Shown here: positions 1-9,736 of the stretch, one piece after another
Layout: each line of letters opens with the position of its first letter
How positions within the stretch are numbered: the stretch's first letter is position 1
DNA from: Clostridia bacterium
Lineage (GTDB): Bacteria; Bacillota; Clostridia; Oscillospirales; SIG627
DNA length: 64,000 nucleotides
NCBI GenBank assembly: GCA_017440805.1
Contig: JAFSGN010000022.1
Coordinates: 60,225 to 124,224 of the forward strand
Reading direction: 5' to 3'
The notes under the pieces: model-generated
The model's database searches: none
What the model saw: the letters and a program-made list of their open reading frames with translations, nothing else
What the model was told of the DNA's origin: nothing
Program-made: the position numbers and the translations under genes

Positions 1-422
1 GCTTTCTTTATTATTTTTCCGTATGCAGCAAGAATATCAGTTCCCTCTGCAATTCTGGCACCCGAAGAATCAAGAAAAGATATTACCGGAGCCCCGTTCT
101 TTGCAGCCAAATCATACAATGCCACAATTTTTTCTGCGGCAACACAACTCATAGCACCATTTAAATTTGAATAATCCTGGGAATACGCAAAAACAAGACG
201 ACCATCTATCAATCCGTATCCTGTAATAACACCTTCAAGTTTCGGCTGTTTACCGTCACTTTCACAGTCGTACGGCTTTGAAGAAATAAAAGTGCCGGTT
301 GATTTAAAAGTGCCGTCATCAAACAATGATATAAGACGCGCAGACGCAGATGACTCTTGAATCGAAAGAAGATAATTTGATTTTGCATCTGCAACTTGAC
401 GAATTCGCTTTTCCTTGTCCAT
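1..422 (-). CDS. Acyl-CoA carboxyltransferase family protein (methylmalonyl-CoA decarboxylase alpha / propionyl-CoA carboxylase beta-like), N-terminal ~140 codons; gene continues past window start
   Basis: Absent from the ORF track because it runs off the edge. Own translation of the minus strand from ATG 420-422: MDKEKRIRQVADAKSNYLL...LEGVITGYGLIDGRLVFAYSQDYSNLNGAMSCVAAEKIVALYDLAAKNGAPVISFLDSSGARIAEGTDILAAYGKI. This is the conserved N-domain pattern of biotin-dependent carboxyltransferases. GGAGG lies about 9 nt upstream. Track ORF 209-394 is an out-of-frame shadow. Confidence 0.75.
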   Translation of the reverse strand, partial: MDKEKRIRQVADAKSNYLLSIQESSASARLISLFDDGTFKSTGTFISSKPYDCESDGKQPKLEGVITGYGLIDGRLVFAYSQDYSNLNGAMSCVAAEKIVALYDLAAKNGAPVISFLDSSGARIAEGTDILAAYGKIIKK

Positions 423-456
423 TAAAGTACCTCCATTTACACATTTATCATATAGT

Positions 457-485
457 ATTGTACCATATTTTACAAATAAAATCAA
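457..485 (-). promoter_or_regulatory. Sigma-A-type promoter for the carboxyltransferase gene
   Basis: Minus strand reads TTGATT (480-485), a 17-nt spacer ending in TGG (extended -10), then TACAAT (457-462). Confidence 0.5.
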
Positions 486-543
486 ATATCAGTATAGATA
501 AAAATGTGTTCAAACTGTAAATTTAAATATTTAAAGCACTATT

Positions 544-588
544 AGCAAAATAATCCTCAAAGCAACATGCTCTGAGGATTATTTTGCT
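544..588 (-). terminator. Hairpin terminator after the ABC/CARDB operon
   Basis: Perfect 16-bp inverted repeat agcaaaataatcctca / tgaggattattttgct with a 13-nt loop. It overlaps the permease stop codon (587-589). The trailing U-tract is weak. Confidence 0.5.
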
Positions 589-1936
589 ATTCTGATTTTA
601 TTGCTTCGAGAGCGCTTATTCTTGTTGCTCTGCAAGAGGGCAAATAGCCGGAAATTAATCCGACAACTGTTGAAAACACAACCGAAAGTAAAACAAGCCA
701 CCACGGTATAATTGATACAGCACTTTCCGTTACTATACCAAAATTTCCCGCACTTCCAAGGGAAGAAGCGTTCATAAACTTATTCATCAAGAAAGACGCA
801 ACATAACTCAGAGCAACACCAAAAATACCACCTATAAAGCCTATAACACTCGATTCAATCAAAAACATTGACTTGATGTTTGAAAGTTTACATCCGAGAA
901 CTTTCATAACGCCAATTTCTTTTGTTCGCTCGTAAATTGACATCACCATCGTGTTTGCAATTCCGATGGCGGCAACTATAAGCGACATTGCACCTATTCC
1001 GCCAAGAATCATTTGCAAAGTCCCCTGCTGTTTCTGCATACTTTCACGCATATCCGAAAGTCCGTAAGTTGTAATCCCCATTTCTTTAAGGGTATTTTGT
1101 ATTTTTTCTGCAGAATTAATATCTGCCGCTTTGATTTTTACGGTGTTATATTCGCCTGGCTTAAAATCACGATTATTATTCGCTTTGGCATTTTCTGACA
1201 GGATTTTATTTACAGTTTCAATATCAGCAAAAATACTGTATTGCGTCATCCAATCGTTTTCTTTTTGTTTAAGTATTCCGACTTTTTGGACATTATATTT
1301 TTTAAACTCGTACTTTCGTTCGTCATTCCAGGAAAACCCTGAAATATAAATCTTTGCTTTTTTTATGTCAACTTTTGGCGGCTTGGGAGTACCGTCGGTA
1401 TTATAAAACTCTTTAAAATAGTCATAAACAGGCTTGTCGGGATTTCTGAATCTGTAATATGTATCTGTTCCAAAAAAAAGGAAAGTCTCCCCTTTTTTCG
1501 GGAAATCGCCATATTCCAGTTCATATCCGAATTGTTCAAATGCCTCCGCATCTATCCCGTATATCTCCTGTCCCTGAAGTTCATATGTACGATTTGCAAC
1601 AATTTTATTTTCGTAAACACTTACAAACGGAGATACAGCAACAACTCCGTCAAGTTTCTTGATTTTTTCAACAAGTTCATCATTCAACAGATTACGCTTA
1701 TCCTGATAATTTCCGTTATCATCTATTGTATACGCATAGGTGTTCAATTCAATAATTGTCAAATCGCCCATTTCAGAAATTGTGTCATCAAGGCTTTTAT
1801 TCATTGCAATGCCGAGGCTAATCATTACAATTATTGCCGCAGCGCCTACAATAACACCGATAACTGTTAAAAAGGTTCGTAACTTCCGACGCATAAGATT
1901 ACCGAGCGCCATTGAAAATATATCTTTAATCTTCAT
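587..1936 (-). CDS. ABC transporter permease, FtsX/MacB type (type VII ABC), with large extracytoplasmic domain
   Basis: TM1 is LRTFLTVIGVIVGAAAIIVMISLGIAM, followed by a ~270-aa loop. The C-terminal FtsX bundle includes MSIYERTKEIGVMKVLGC and GYLPSCRATRISALEAIK. Start moved to ATG 1934-1936 (MKIKDIF), because the 15 upstream track codons lie inside the preceding gene. Confidence 0.9.
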   Translation of the reverse strand: MKIKDIFSMALGNLMRRKLRTFLTVIGVIVGAAAIIVMISLGIAMNKSLDDTISEMGDLTIIELNTYAYTIDDNGNYQDKRNLLNDELVEKIKKLDGVVAVSPFVSVYENKIVANRTYELQGQEIYGIDAEAFEQFGYELEYGDFPKKGETFLFFGTDTYYRFRNPDKPVYDYFKEFYNTDGTPKPPKVDIKKAKIYISGFSWNDERKYEFKKYNVQKVGILKQKENDWMTQYSIFADIETVNKILSENAKANNNRDFKPGEYNTVKIKAADINSAEKIQNTLKEMGITTYGLSDMRESMQKQQGTLQMILGGIGAMSLIVAAIGIANTMVMSIYERTKEIGVMKVLGCKLSNIKSMFLIESSVIGFIGGIFGVALSYVASFLMNKFMNASSLGSAGNFGIVTESAVSIIPWWLVLLSVVFSTVVGLISGYLPSCRATRISALEAIKSE

Positions 1937-4670
1937 CGTCGCACTCTTTCTTTTTTTTCTTTTTATTAATAACGACTGCAATAATGATTACGGAAGTAAC
2001 AAATATACAACCGGCAACAACCCAAATAAAGACATGATTTTGTTTTTCATTTACATCATTGTCTGTAAACTGCTCGTCATCAGGCATCATAGTAGGGAAA
2101 AATTCGATGTTGTCATTATACGCATTAAAAGAAATTGATTTTTCCACCGTGGTGACAACACCATCAGAATCCTCGTATTGAAAAACAACAGTCCCCTCTT
2201 GCAATCCCTCCATTGTAGGTGTTAAATAAACATTTTTGGAATATCCTGAACCTGCCTGTATATTTCCGGCAAAAATCTCATACTCACTACTCATAAAATT
2301 ACCCTGTATTTTAATCAACACATTGTATACGGTACTTTTGCCGAGATTTGCACAGTTTAGGGCAACTACTGCATCTTCATTCATTGAAATATCATTTATG
2401 AGCGGCAAATCACTAATATTAAATCTCATTTCCTGACGAACAGGAATTGTCAATGTTTCAACAGAAGTTTTTTCGGTTCCTTCTTCGTTTTTATACGAAA
2501 TATTTATTATAAGTCCGTATGATTTCGGTGTGACATCAGATTTGGTTTGAATATCAAGATTCCATTCACAACTTTCACCGGGAGCAAGTTTTTGTATAAA
2601 ATATGTATTACTGCTTGCGGCAGGAGTAAAAACGCCTCCTTCATCCGAAACAAGCATAATTTTTAAATCTTTTATACCACTTATTGTACTTGTGTTAAGA
2701 AATTTAAGCCGAAGAGGGAAAGCAGAACCGCCAAGTACATAATCATTTCCATATCCGTACTCATCAATTATAACTACAGGAATATCGTCCACCCTGCCGG
2801 ATGTTTTGTTTTTAACATATACGCCGGTATATATACCGGTACTTTCCGATTGTCTGGAAGAAACAGAGATTTCAATATTACCAAATCCGTCAGGAGCATC
2901 TTTTGTCGGATATAATGTAACTGAAAAGAATGATTTTTTATTCTTTTCTATTTTATCAGCATAAAAGACAGACGCTGTTCTGTTAACAATTCCCTGAGGC
3001 AGATTCACTTTGATATTTACATTGTCTGCACCGGCATTTACGGGAGTAACAGAAAATGTTAATTTAAATTCAGACGGGTCAGATGAATCAACCGACTCAG
3101 GGATAGATATATCTGAAATAACAAAACCGGGATTGATGTCGTTTATGTCGTATATATATATACCCGCATATTGATATATTTCACCGTAAGTATCTGTGTT
3201 ACATGAAATTTTTATAATATTATAGTTTTCTTTCACATCATCAGTGCACTGTAATTCAACTGTATGAGCGAGGACACTGCCCTTTGCTACTGAGTCATAA
3301 CGGAATTTATTTTGCGACATGTTAACAAGCCCCTCCGGTAAGGTTAAATCTACCGAAAATGCTTTTAAATTAATATTCGCATTGATGTTAAAGGTTAAAA
3401 CAATCTTTTCACCGGGAGAAACATTTTCGGGAATAACAATATCGGATATAGTATAAGGCGGAAGGTTGTTTAATATGGATTCGGCATAAAAGCCACTATA
3501 TTGAGTCACCGAAATTTCCGAAACTTCACCGGGCGAAACATCGTAAACTGCTTTGGCAGAAAAATCAAGTGAATAAAAGTCACTCTTTATTTCATCGGAT
3601 GCAGTAAAAGTATAGATATGAGTAACGCTCTCCCCTTTGGATATGTTCTGGATTAGATTTGAAGTCGCAGTTTTATTTATAAATGTCCCGGAGTTTATAT
3701 CGGCATTTAACGATGTTCTGACATATTTTAAATCACAATCACCGGTGTTCTTGTATTCAACAGAAACATTAAAGGTTTCCCCTGCAGTAACCTTTTCGGG
3801 AACATTAATGTTGATAATTTCCAAAACAGGATTGTAGTAATAATTATCATCCGGTATATTTATGACAGATTCATATGAAAATTCATTTATAATAGTCTTA
3901 TTATCCCTGTCATAAACAATTACCTTGAATGAAATTGGTAAATTTCCGCTTTCAACTTTGTTTGAAACCAAAACATTGAATTTATAAGTAAAACTTTTGT
4001 CTTTTGAAAACGAACCGCCTTTTACAGCCGTATCATTTGATATATTCATACCGCTTGGTAATATTATTTCAACAGTCGCTTTACTTATATCAATTCCCGA
4101 TGTGTTTTCAAGTTCAATTTCAGCAGTAAAACTTGAATTCGGACTTACATATTCCGGAACAGAAAAGTTGCTTACTGACAAGTAATCTAAATTTGAACCA
4201 TCGAAATTTGAATTTTCAATTTTTATGTAAAAGACAAACTCTTTGGAATAATCCTGGCTCATTTTATTTTTGTATTTAACAGTAATATTTATCGGGTAAA
4301 CACCGGGTAAGGCATTATTCGGAACAAAAATATCGTACGATATTTTTGCGTCTATACTGTAAAAAACAGATATGGGTTTTGAGATGGGAGAAAGATTTTC
4401 AAATTCAAACGGGAGTTGATTGTCGGGAGTTGTTATGTATCCTGTCACATCAGATGCAGTGTACAACGAAGATGTCCGCACAGGAATTTCAAGCACAGTG
4501 CTTTTACCCGCCTGAAAAACAGGCATTTTGGCATCGGGTACAATTCCGATGTTCGGATCTTCACTCACATATGGAGCAGAAGTAATGTTATCAATTTGGT
4601 CAACTCCCAAAACATTGACAGATAAAATAAAAAACAAAACAGTAAAAATGCAAATAAATCTTTTTCTCAT
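1926..4670 (-). CDS. Large (~914 aa) secreted, C-terminally membrane-anchored protein with ~7 tandem CARDB/DUF11-like beta-sandwich repeats
   Basis: Start moved from 4868 to ATG 4668-4670 (MRKRFICIFTVLFFILSVNVLG, signal-peptide-like; GAGGTGG 6 nt upstream). The 66 upstream track codons overlap the ATPase gene. Recurring module openings are VPEYVSPNSSFTAEIELEN, VPEKVTAGETFNVSVEYKN, IPENVSPGEKIVLTFNINA and IPESVDSSDPSEFKLTFSV. The C-terminus is a TM helix VFIWVVAGCIFVTSVIIIAVVI followed by KKKKKK. Confidence 0.8.
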   Translation of the reverse strand: MRKRFICIFTVLFFILSVNVLGVDQIDNITSAPYVSEDPNIGIVPDAKMPVFQAGKSTVLEIPVRTSSLYTASDVTGYITTPDNQLPFEFENLSPISKPISVFYSIDAKISYDIFVPNNALPGVYPINITVKYKNKMSQDYSKEFVFYIKIENSNFDGSNLDYLSVSNFSVPEYVSPNSSFTAEIELENTSGIDISKATVEIILPSGMNISNDTAVKGGSFSKDKSFTYKFNVLVSNKVESGNLPISFKVIVYDRDNKTIINEFSYESVINIPDDNYYYNPVLEIININVPEKVTAGETFNVSVEYKNTGDCDLKYVRTSLNADINSGTFINKTATSNLIQNISKGESVTHIYTFTASDEIKSDFYSLDFSAKAVYDVSPGEVSEISVTQYSGFYAESILNNLPPYTISDIVIPENVSPGEKIVLTFNINANINLKAFSVDLTLPEGLVNMSQNKFRYDSVAKGSVLAHTVELQCTDDVKENYNIIKISCNTDTYGEIYQYAGIYIYDINDINPGFVISDISIPESVDSSDPSEFKLTFSVTPVNAGADNVNIKVNLPQGIVNRTASVFYADKIEKNKKSFFSVTLYPTKDAPDGFGNIEISVSSRQSESTGIYTGVYVKNKTSGRVDDIPVVIIDEYGYGNDYVLGGSAFPLRLKFLNTSTISGIKDLKIMLVSDEGGVFTPAASSNTYFIQKLAPGESCEWNLDIQTKSDVTPKSYGLIINISYKNEEGTEKTSVETLTIPVRQEMRFNISDLPLINDISMNEDAVVALNCANLGKSTVYNVLIKIQGNFMSSEYEIFAGNIQAGSGYSKNVYLTPTMEGLQEGTVVFQYEDSDGVVTTVEKSISFNAYNDNIEFFPTMMPDDEQFTDNDVNEKQNHVFIWVVAGCIFVTSVIIIAVVINKKKKKKECDDED

Positions 4671-4671
4671 T

Positions 4672-5469
4672 TCATTCCACCTCGCTATTTTCTTTAGATT
4701 GAGATATTTTCTGTTTTTCGGTATCAAATATTTCCTGAATGTGATGCAACAAGTCTTCCCTGTTGCCGTACAATTCTTTATTAACATGCAAATCATAGCA
4801 TATTCTACCATCAAATAAGTAAAAAATACGATTTGCATACGAAGCAATATCACGGTCATGTGTAACAATTACAAGTGTCTGACCAAAGGATTGTGCAACA
4901 TCCAACATTATTTTCATAATTTCATCCGTAGTTTTTGAATCAAGGTTTCCGGTGGGCTCATCGGCAAAAACAACCGATGGATTAGAAACAAACGCCCGTG
5001 CAATTCCAACCCTCTGCTGTTGACCTCCGCTCATTTGAGAAGGTTTATGATTAAGATGAGATGATAACCCCACAGTTTTCAGAATATTTTTTGCCGCTTT
5101 AACCCGAAAGTTTTTATTTTTCCCTTTGAAAACAAGAGGTAATGTGACATTTTCCAATGCAGTCATGGAATTAATAAGATTATATGACTGAAAAACAAAT
5201 CCAAGATACTTCTGCCTGAAGTCAACAAGTTCTTTTTCGCTCATTTGAGAGATTGATGAATTATTAATAAATACATTACCACGAGACGGTTTTTCAAGTC
5301 CTGCAAGCATATTAAGTAATGTGGATTTTCCGGAACCCGATGTACCCAGTATGCAGCATATCTCACCCGGATAAATTTCAAGATTAATGTTATCAAGCGC
5401 TACGACCTTTTGTGTTCCGAGTTTATATACCTTTCTGAGATTATCGACTTTAATAATTGGCTCAGACAT
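4672..5469 (-). CDS. ABC transporter ATP-binding protein (MacB/LolD-like)
   Basis: Walker A GTSGSGKSTLLN, signature MSGGQQQRVGIARA, Walker B VVFADEPTGNLD. AAGGAGG lies upstream. The stop codon is 1 nt from the next gene's ATG. Confidence 0.93.
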   Translation of the reverse strand: MSEPIIKVDNLRKVYKLGTQKVVALDNINLEIYPGEICCILGTSGSGKSTLLNMLAGLEKPSRGNVFINNSSISQMSEKELVDFRQKYLGFVFQSYNLINSMTALENVTLPLVFKGKNKNFRVKAAKNILKTVGLSSHLNHKPSQMSGGQQQRVGIARAFVSNPSVVFADEPTGNLDSKTTDEIMKIMLDVAQSFGQTLVIVTHDRDIASYANRIFYLFDGRICYDLHVNKELYGNREDLLHHIQEIFDTEKQKISQSKENSEVE

Positions 5470-5541
5470 TTATTCCGTATCCTCCTTATCTCAGTATTGC
5501 TTGTTTGACTTGTTTAAATGAAATTTGTTCCTTTATAAAAA

Positions 5542-5850
5542 TTATTTTTTAATAATTATAATTTCAATCTCATTTGAAGAATTGTTTTTTTCCAGTGTGT
5601 TGTTATTATCAAATACAGAACCGTGAGGTACAGGAACACCGGTCTTTATCATAAATTTCTTCATATCGATAGGCATTACAATATCCTCCGGTGATGGCAA
5701 TACAACTTTTTCGGTCAAATCAGTTAAAACATCATCTGTCTGTTCTTTTATCCGTTGTTCATTGTCAGGTGTATTTATAACTTTCATTGCAGAAAGTATT
5801 ATAAAAAACAAAATAACAAGTAACGGCAATATTAAATAAATCTTTTTCAT
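5542..5850 (-). CDS. Small single-pass membrane protein, unknown function (possible first gene of the ABC/CARDB cluster)
   Basis: 102 aa with an N-terminal hydrophobic helix MKKIYLILPLLVILFFIILSA and a polar C-terminal part. It is co-directional with the ATPase gene and 72 nt upstream of it. I recognise no family. Confidence 0.55.
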   Translation of the reverse strand: MKKIYLILPLLVILFFIILSAMKVINTPDNEQRIKEQTDDVLTDLTEKVVLPSPEDIVMPIDMKKFMIKTGVPVPHGSVFDNNNTLEKNNSSNEIEIIIIKK

Positions 5851-5911
5851 ATATTAACCCATAACGGCATTAAATCCGTTTTTATCCTTTCAGAATCAGC
5901 AACAAAAGAAT

Positions 5912-8263
5912 TCATAACCGCTTTAATTTAGCATAATTTCCAAGTATTTTCTTTCTTCCCTGTGTTTCAAAGTCAATTTCGTAAAGCATGTCACCGCCGG
6001 CTGCTTTAGCACTGACAACAATTCCCTTGCCGAAAACACGGTGTAAAACACAATCTCCCTCGCCAAATTTTTCGCATTCCTCATTTTTATGAACAGACGA
6101 AAACTGAGGTTTAAAAATTTCATTTTCATGTTTTCTGTAAGAAATATTTTCTGATGAAGAGATTAATGTATTTTTATGATTTAAAGTGCTGGTTGTGTAA
6201 AGTTTATCCGGGATTTCAGAAACAAACCGGGATATTGGATTGCAAGTAGTTCTGCCATATAAAAGTCTTGACAAAGCACAGGTCATAAATAGTTTTTTCT
6301 GTGCTCTTGTAATAGCAACATACGCAAGTCGCCGTTCTTCTTCCAGATCGGCTTTTTCATTTGCGCTCATTGAAGACGGAAAAATGTTTTCTTCCATGCC
6401 TGCCAAAAATACAACCGGAAATTCAAGACCCTTGGCACTGTGTATTGTCATAAGTACCGCGGAATTTGATGACGAATCATAATTGTCCAGGTCACTTATC
6501 AACGCAACCTCTTCCAAAAAACCGGAAAGTGACGGAGTTTCCGAAGATTCCTGATATTTTATTGCACTTGAAATAAGCTCATTGATATTATCTATTTTAT
6601 CCTGTTCGTCATCGGAACTGCTTTCGAGCATTTCCATATATCCACTTTCAATCGCGATATCACGAATCAATTCAGAAACGGAACAATCATACTTTTTTTC
6701 AGTAAATTTTTCAATAAGCATAGAAAAGTCAACTATTTTTTTGTTTCTGACATTCAAATCCTGCGGAGGTTTGCAAATTATGTCAAAAATACTTCGACCG
6801 GTTTCAGAGGATATCCTGCTCAAAGCATCTACTGTTGCTTTTCCTATTCCCCGTTTTGGAACATTTATAATCCGTGTAAGACGCAAATTGTCATTGTTGT
6901 TATTTATTAAAGCGAGATATGCAATAATATCTTTTATCTCTTTCCTGTCAAAAAAGCGTGTTCCGGATAGTAATCTGTGGGGTATTCCGCTTTTTGAAAG
7001 CGTTGTTTCCAATGTCAATGACTGTGCATTTGTACGGTAAAGTACTGCAATATCACTGAATTTGTATTTTTCACGAACAACAAGTTCCTGGATTTTTTCA
7101 ACAATGTAAGCCGCTTCATTTTCCTGGTTTGAGAGTTGCTCAACTATAATTTTTTCGCCCTCTCCTTTTTGTGTCCAAAGTTGTTTGCCTTTTCTTGAGG
7201 AATTATTCTTAATAACAGAATTTGCAGCCGACAGTATTGTTCCCGTTGAACGATAATTTTGCTCAAGAAATACAGTTTTTGCATCTTGGTATTGCTTGTC
7301 AAAATCAAGTATGTTCTTAACGGTAGCACCTCTGAATTTATATATGCTCTGGTCGTCATCTCCTACAACCATTACATTACGGTATTTTGAAGATAATAAA
7401 TTCATAAGCATATATTGTGTTTTATTTGTATCTTGATACTCATCAACAAAAACATATCTGAATCTACCACTGTAATATTCTTTTATGTCCCGGTTCTCTT
7501 CCATCAAACGAACACAATAGTTAATTATATCGTCAAAATCAACTGCGTTTGCCTCACGAAGCCTTTTTTGATATAGTGTATATATGTCCCCGAGGTCGCT
7601 TTCACCGGTAAAGTAATTTTCAGGATTAATATAACTGTTTTTTGCTTTTGATATAACCGATGTAACATATTTCGGGGTATATCGTTCCGGATTTAATTCA
7701 AGTGCTTCAACACAGTTTGCTGCAAGTTTTTTACAGTCATCTGTATCATATATTGTAAAATCAGATGTAAACCCCAGCCGCTCTATGTATTTTCTGAGAA
7801 TTCGCACACAAATCGAGTGGAAAGTACCTGCCCAGATATCAGCCGAACACTCACCCAGAACTTTTTCAAGTCTTTCCTTGATTTCGCCTGCCGCTTTATT
7901 CGTAAATGTAAATGCGAGTATTGAATATGGCTGTGCCTTTTCGTACTCAAAGCCCACAAGCAATGCCTCAAGAACATTTTTGTCAAGTTTACTGTCGGCA
8001 TACTTTTCCAATGCATCAAGTTCCGACAAACCTATATTAGAGGGAACGGCATCGGTGTAAACAGCATCGCCAAATTTAATAATATGTGAAATTCTTTTTA
8101 CCAATACCGTAGTCTTACCGCTCCCGGCGCCAGCAAGAACCAAAAGAGGCCCTTTTACACTGTATACCGCTTCTCTTTGCATTTCATTTAATGTATCATA
8201 ATATTGGTCAAAAAGTTTTTTCTTTACAGTTTTAAATCTTATAATTTCACTTTGATTAAGCAT
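5912..8263 (-). CDS. pcrA: ATP-dependent DNA helicase PcrA (UvrD/Rep superfamily 1)
   Basis: Walker A AGAGSGKTTVLV, motif II VFVDEYQDTN, and the conserved TIHSAKGLEF and VAITRA motifs. 783 aa with a C-terminal Tudor-like tail. Confidence 0.93.
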   Translation of the reverse strand: MLNQSEIIRFKTVKKKLFDQYYDTLNEMQREAVYSVKGPLLVLAGAGSGKTTVLVKRISHIIKFGDAVYTDAVPSNIGLSELDALEKYADSKLDKNVLEALLVGFEYEKAQPYSILAFTFTNKAAGEIKERLEKVLGECSADIWAGTFHSICVRILRKYIERLGFTSDFTIYDTDDCKKLAANCVEALELNPERYTPKYVTSVISKAKNSYINPENYFTGESDLGDIYTLYQKRLREANAVDFDDIINYCVRLMEENRDIKEYYSGRFRYVFVDEYQDTNKTQYMLMNLLSSKYRNVMVVGDDDQSIYKFRGATVKNILDFDKQYQDAKTVFLEQNYRSTGTILSAANSVIKNNSSRKGKQLWTQKGEGEKIIVEQLSNQENEAAYIVEKIQELVVREKYKFSDIAVLYRTNAQSLTLETTLSKSGIPHRLLSGTRFFDRKEIKDIIAYLALINNNNDNLRLTRIINVPKRGIGKATVDALSRISSETGRSIFDIICKPPQDLNVRNKKIVDFSMLIEKFTEKKYDCSVSELIRDIAIESGYMEMLESSSDDEQDKIDNINELISSAIKYQESSETPSLSGFLEEVALISDLDNYDSSSNSAVLMTIHSAKGLEFPVVFLAGMEENIFPSSMSANEKADLEEERRLAYVAITRAQKKLFMTCALSRLLYGRTTCNPISRFVSEIPDKLYTTSTLNHKNTLISSSENISYRKHENEIFKPQFSSVHKNEECEKFGEGDCVLHRVFGKGIVVSAKAAGGDMLYEIDFETQGRKKILGNYAKLKRL

Positions 8264-8293
8264 ACATTCTCCATAATAAAATTTTATAAGAAT

Positions 8294-8322
8294 ATTTTAT
8301 CATATTTATCTTCTTAAGTCAA
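8294..8322 (-). promoter_or_regulatory. Sigma-A-type promoter for pcrA
   Basis: Minus strand reads TTGACT (8317-8322), a 17-nt spacer ending in TGA (extended -10), then TAAAAT (8294-8299). Confidence 0.5.
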
Positions 8323-8323
8323 C

Positions 8324-8359
8324 ATAAAAAAGATGGGCCGCTTACACGAAACCCATCTT
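8324..8359 (-). terminator. Intrinsic terminator after the mtlD-like gene
   Basis: 8-bp stem aagatggg / cccatctt with a 14-nt loop, followed on the minus-strand RNA by UUUUUUAUG. Confidence 0.6.
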
Positions 8360-8378
8360 TGTAAAAATTATAAATTGT

Positions 8379-9545
8379 TTATGCAGTTAAAGTTTGAAGT
8401 GCTTTTTTGATGTAGACATACAACGGGTCATCTCTTTTTACAGAACTGTACTTTTCGATAGCACTTTCTATGCCTTCTTTTGCAACAAATTCCTGAATTT
8501 CAACCGCAGACTTGTCATCGTTTGATGAAAATAAATATCCGGCAGCAATTCCGATGGCAATGTTATTCGGCTCAACACCATTTTTAAGACAAAACAGCGC
8601 AGCACCGCAAAGACGGTCTGATGGTGAAAGTTTTCTTATAGGGTCCGCTCCAACACGGGCAATTGTGTCACCTAAAAGTCTGTTTTTATATCTGTTAAGC
8701 AAATCCTCGGAATGCGCGTTTAATTCGCGTATATCCTCACCATAAAATTTTGACAGTGCTTCCCCTGCTTCTGCAAGTGCTTTTGTTGCCGTAGAAAGAA
8801 TTTCCGGGTCTTCAACTGCCTGCCATATAAATTTGTATCCTTTGAGATAACCGAGATATGAAACAAGTGCATGGCTCATATTATGCATAAACAACTTACG
8901 ATTGATGTAATATGCAAAAGGCTCATATGCAATTATATTCTTTATCTCGGGCAATATACCGCGGGCACCGCTTTTATCTGCATATATTTTGTTATAATCT
9001 TCAACACAAACAATCAAAGGGTCCTTTTCCACCAGTTCCTTCGGAGGAGCAGGAACCATGCATCCGATTGAACACTGGCAAAAACCAATGTATTTTTCAC
9101 AATATTCATATTCTTTTTCGTCAAGCAAATCACGGAGTAAATCTCTCATGTAAAGATGAGAATCAATTTTATTCTCACAGAGAATAAAGTTAAGAACTTC
9201 GGTGTTTCCGCTTTCAAAACGATGTCTTATAACATTTGCAATGGTTTTTGCGATAATGGGAAGTACATTAACTCCTATTGCGGTAGCGCATATACTTGCC
9301 TGATCAACCTGTTCAATTATTGCATCCATATCACGACCGTCAACAGCAGAAACATTTACAACTTCCCGTTTGTCGTAATCACTTCCGTTTGTAACATAAA
9401 GAGGATAAGAATTAGTTGAATTCAACCGAGTTATAAGGTCCTGATTAACGTCAACAAAAACAACCTCGTAATCTGCCTCACAGAAAATACGGCCTACCAG
9501 TCCCCTGCCAATATTTCCTCCGCCAAAAATCACAACTTTTTTCAT
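8379..9545 (-). CDS. mtlD: Mannitol-1-phosphate 5-dehydrogenase family protein
   Basis: 388 aa with the N-terminal Rossmann motif KVVIFGGGNIGRGLVG. Length and overall pattern match the mannitol dehydrogenase family. No PTS genes are adjacent. Confidence 0.6.
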   Translation of the reverse strand: MKKVVIFGGGNIGRGLVGRIFCEADYEVVFVDVNQDLITRLNSTNSYPLYVTNGSDYDKREVVNVSAVDGRDMDAIIEQVDQASICATAIGVNVLPIIAKTIANVIRHRFESGNTEVLNFILCENKIDSHLYMRDLLRDLLDEKEYEYCEKYIGFCQCSIGCMVPAPPKELVEKDPLIVCVEDYNKIYADKSGARGILPEIKNIIAYEPFAYYINRKLFMHNMSHALVSYLGYLKGYKFIWQAVEDPEILSTATKALAEAGEALSKFYGEDIRELNAHSEDLLNRYKNRLLGDTIARVGADPIRKLSPSDRLCGAALFCLKNGVEPNNIAIGIAAGYLFSSNDDKSAVEIQEFVAKEGIESAIEKYSSVKRDDPLYVYIKKALQTLTA

Positions 9546-9613
9546 TATATTTTTCTCCTAAAAGTTTAATTTTCAATAAAACAATATAATCCAATCGTAA
9601 AACAACTTTTATA

Positions 9614-9642
9614 ATTATATCACAAATTATTTAAAAAATCAA
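9614..9642 (-). promoter_or_regulatory. Sigma-A-type promoter for the mtlD-like gene
   Basis: Minus strand reads TTGATT (9637-9642), a 17-nt spacer ending in TGA, then TATAAT (9614-9619). Confidence 0.55.
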
Positions 9643-9657
9643 TAGCAGTTAAACCTA

Positions 9658-9686
9658 TTGCATTTTTTTTTAAAATAGTGTATAAT
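9658..9686 (+). promoter_or_regulatory. Sigma-A-type promoter for the type IIA topoisomerase operon
   Basis: TTGCAT (9658-9663), a 17-nt spacer ending in TG, then TATAAT (9681-9686). It sits back-to-back with the divergent promoter at 9614-9642. Confidence 0.55.
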
Positions 9687-9736
9687 ATTCTAATGTATGA
9701 AATAATAGACAACTTATGCTTTATCGGAGGCTATTA

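Noticed and set aside
1951-1958. T8 homopolymer at the CARDB/permease gene overlap as a phase-variation switch
   Set aside because: It encodes the Lys-rich stop-transfer segment. Runs of this length are frequent in such an AT-rich genome, and a single sequence gives no evidence of length variation.
4671-4868. 66-codon N-terminal extension of the large CARDB-repeat ORF in the track (start at 4868)
   Set aside because: The extension lies entirely inside the ATPase gene in another frame and has no SD. The internal ATG at 4668-4670 gives a clean signal peptide and has a GAGGTGG SD.
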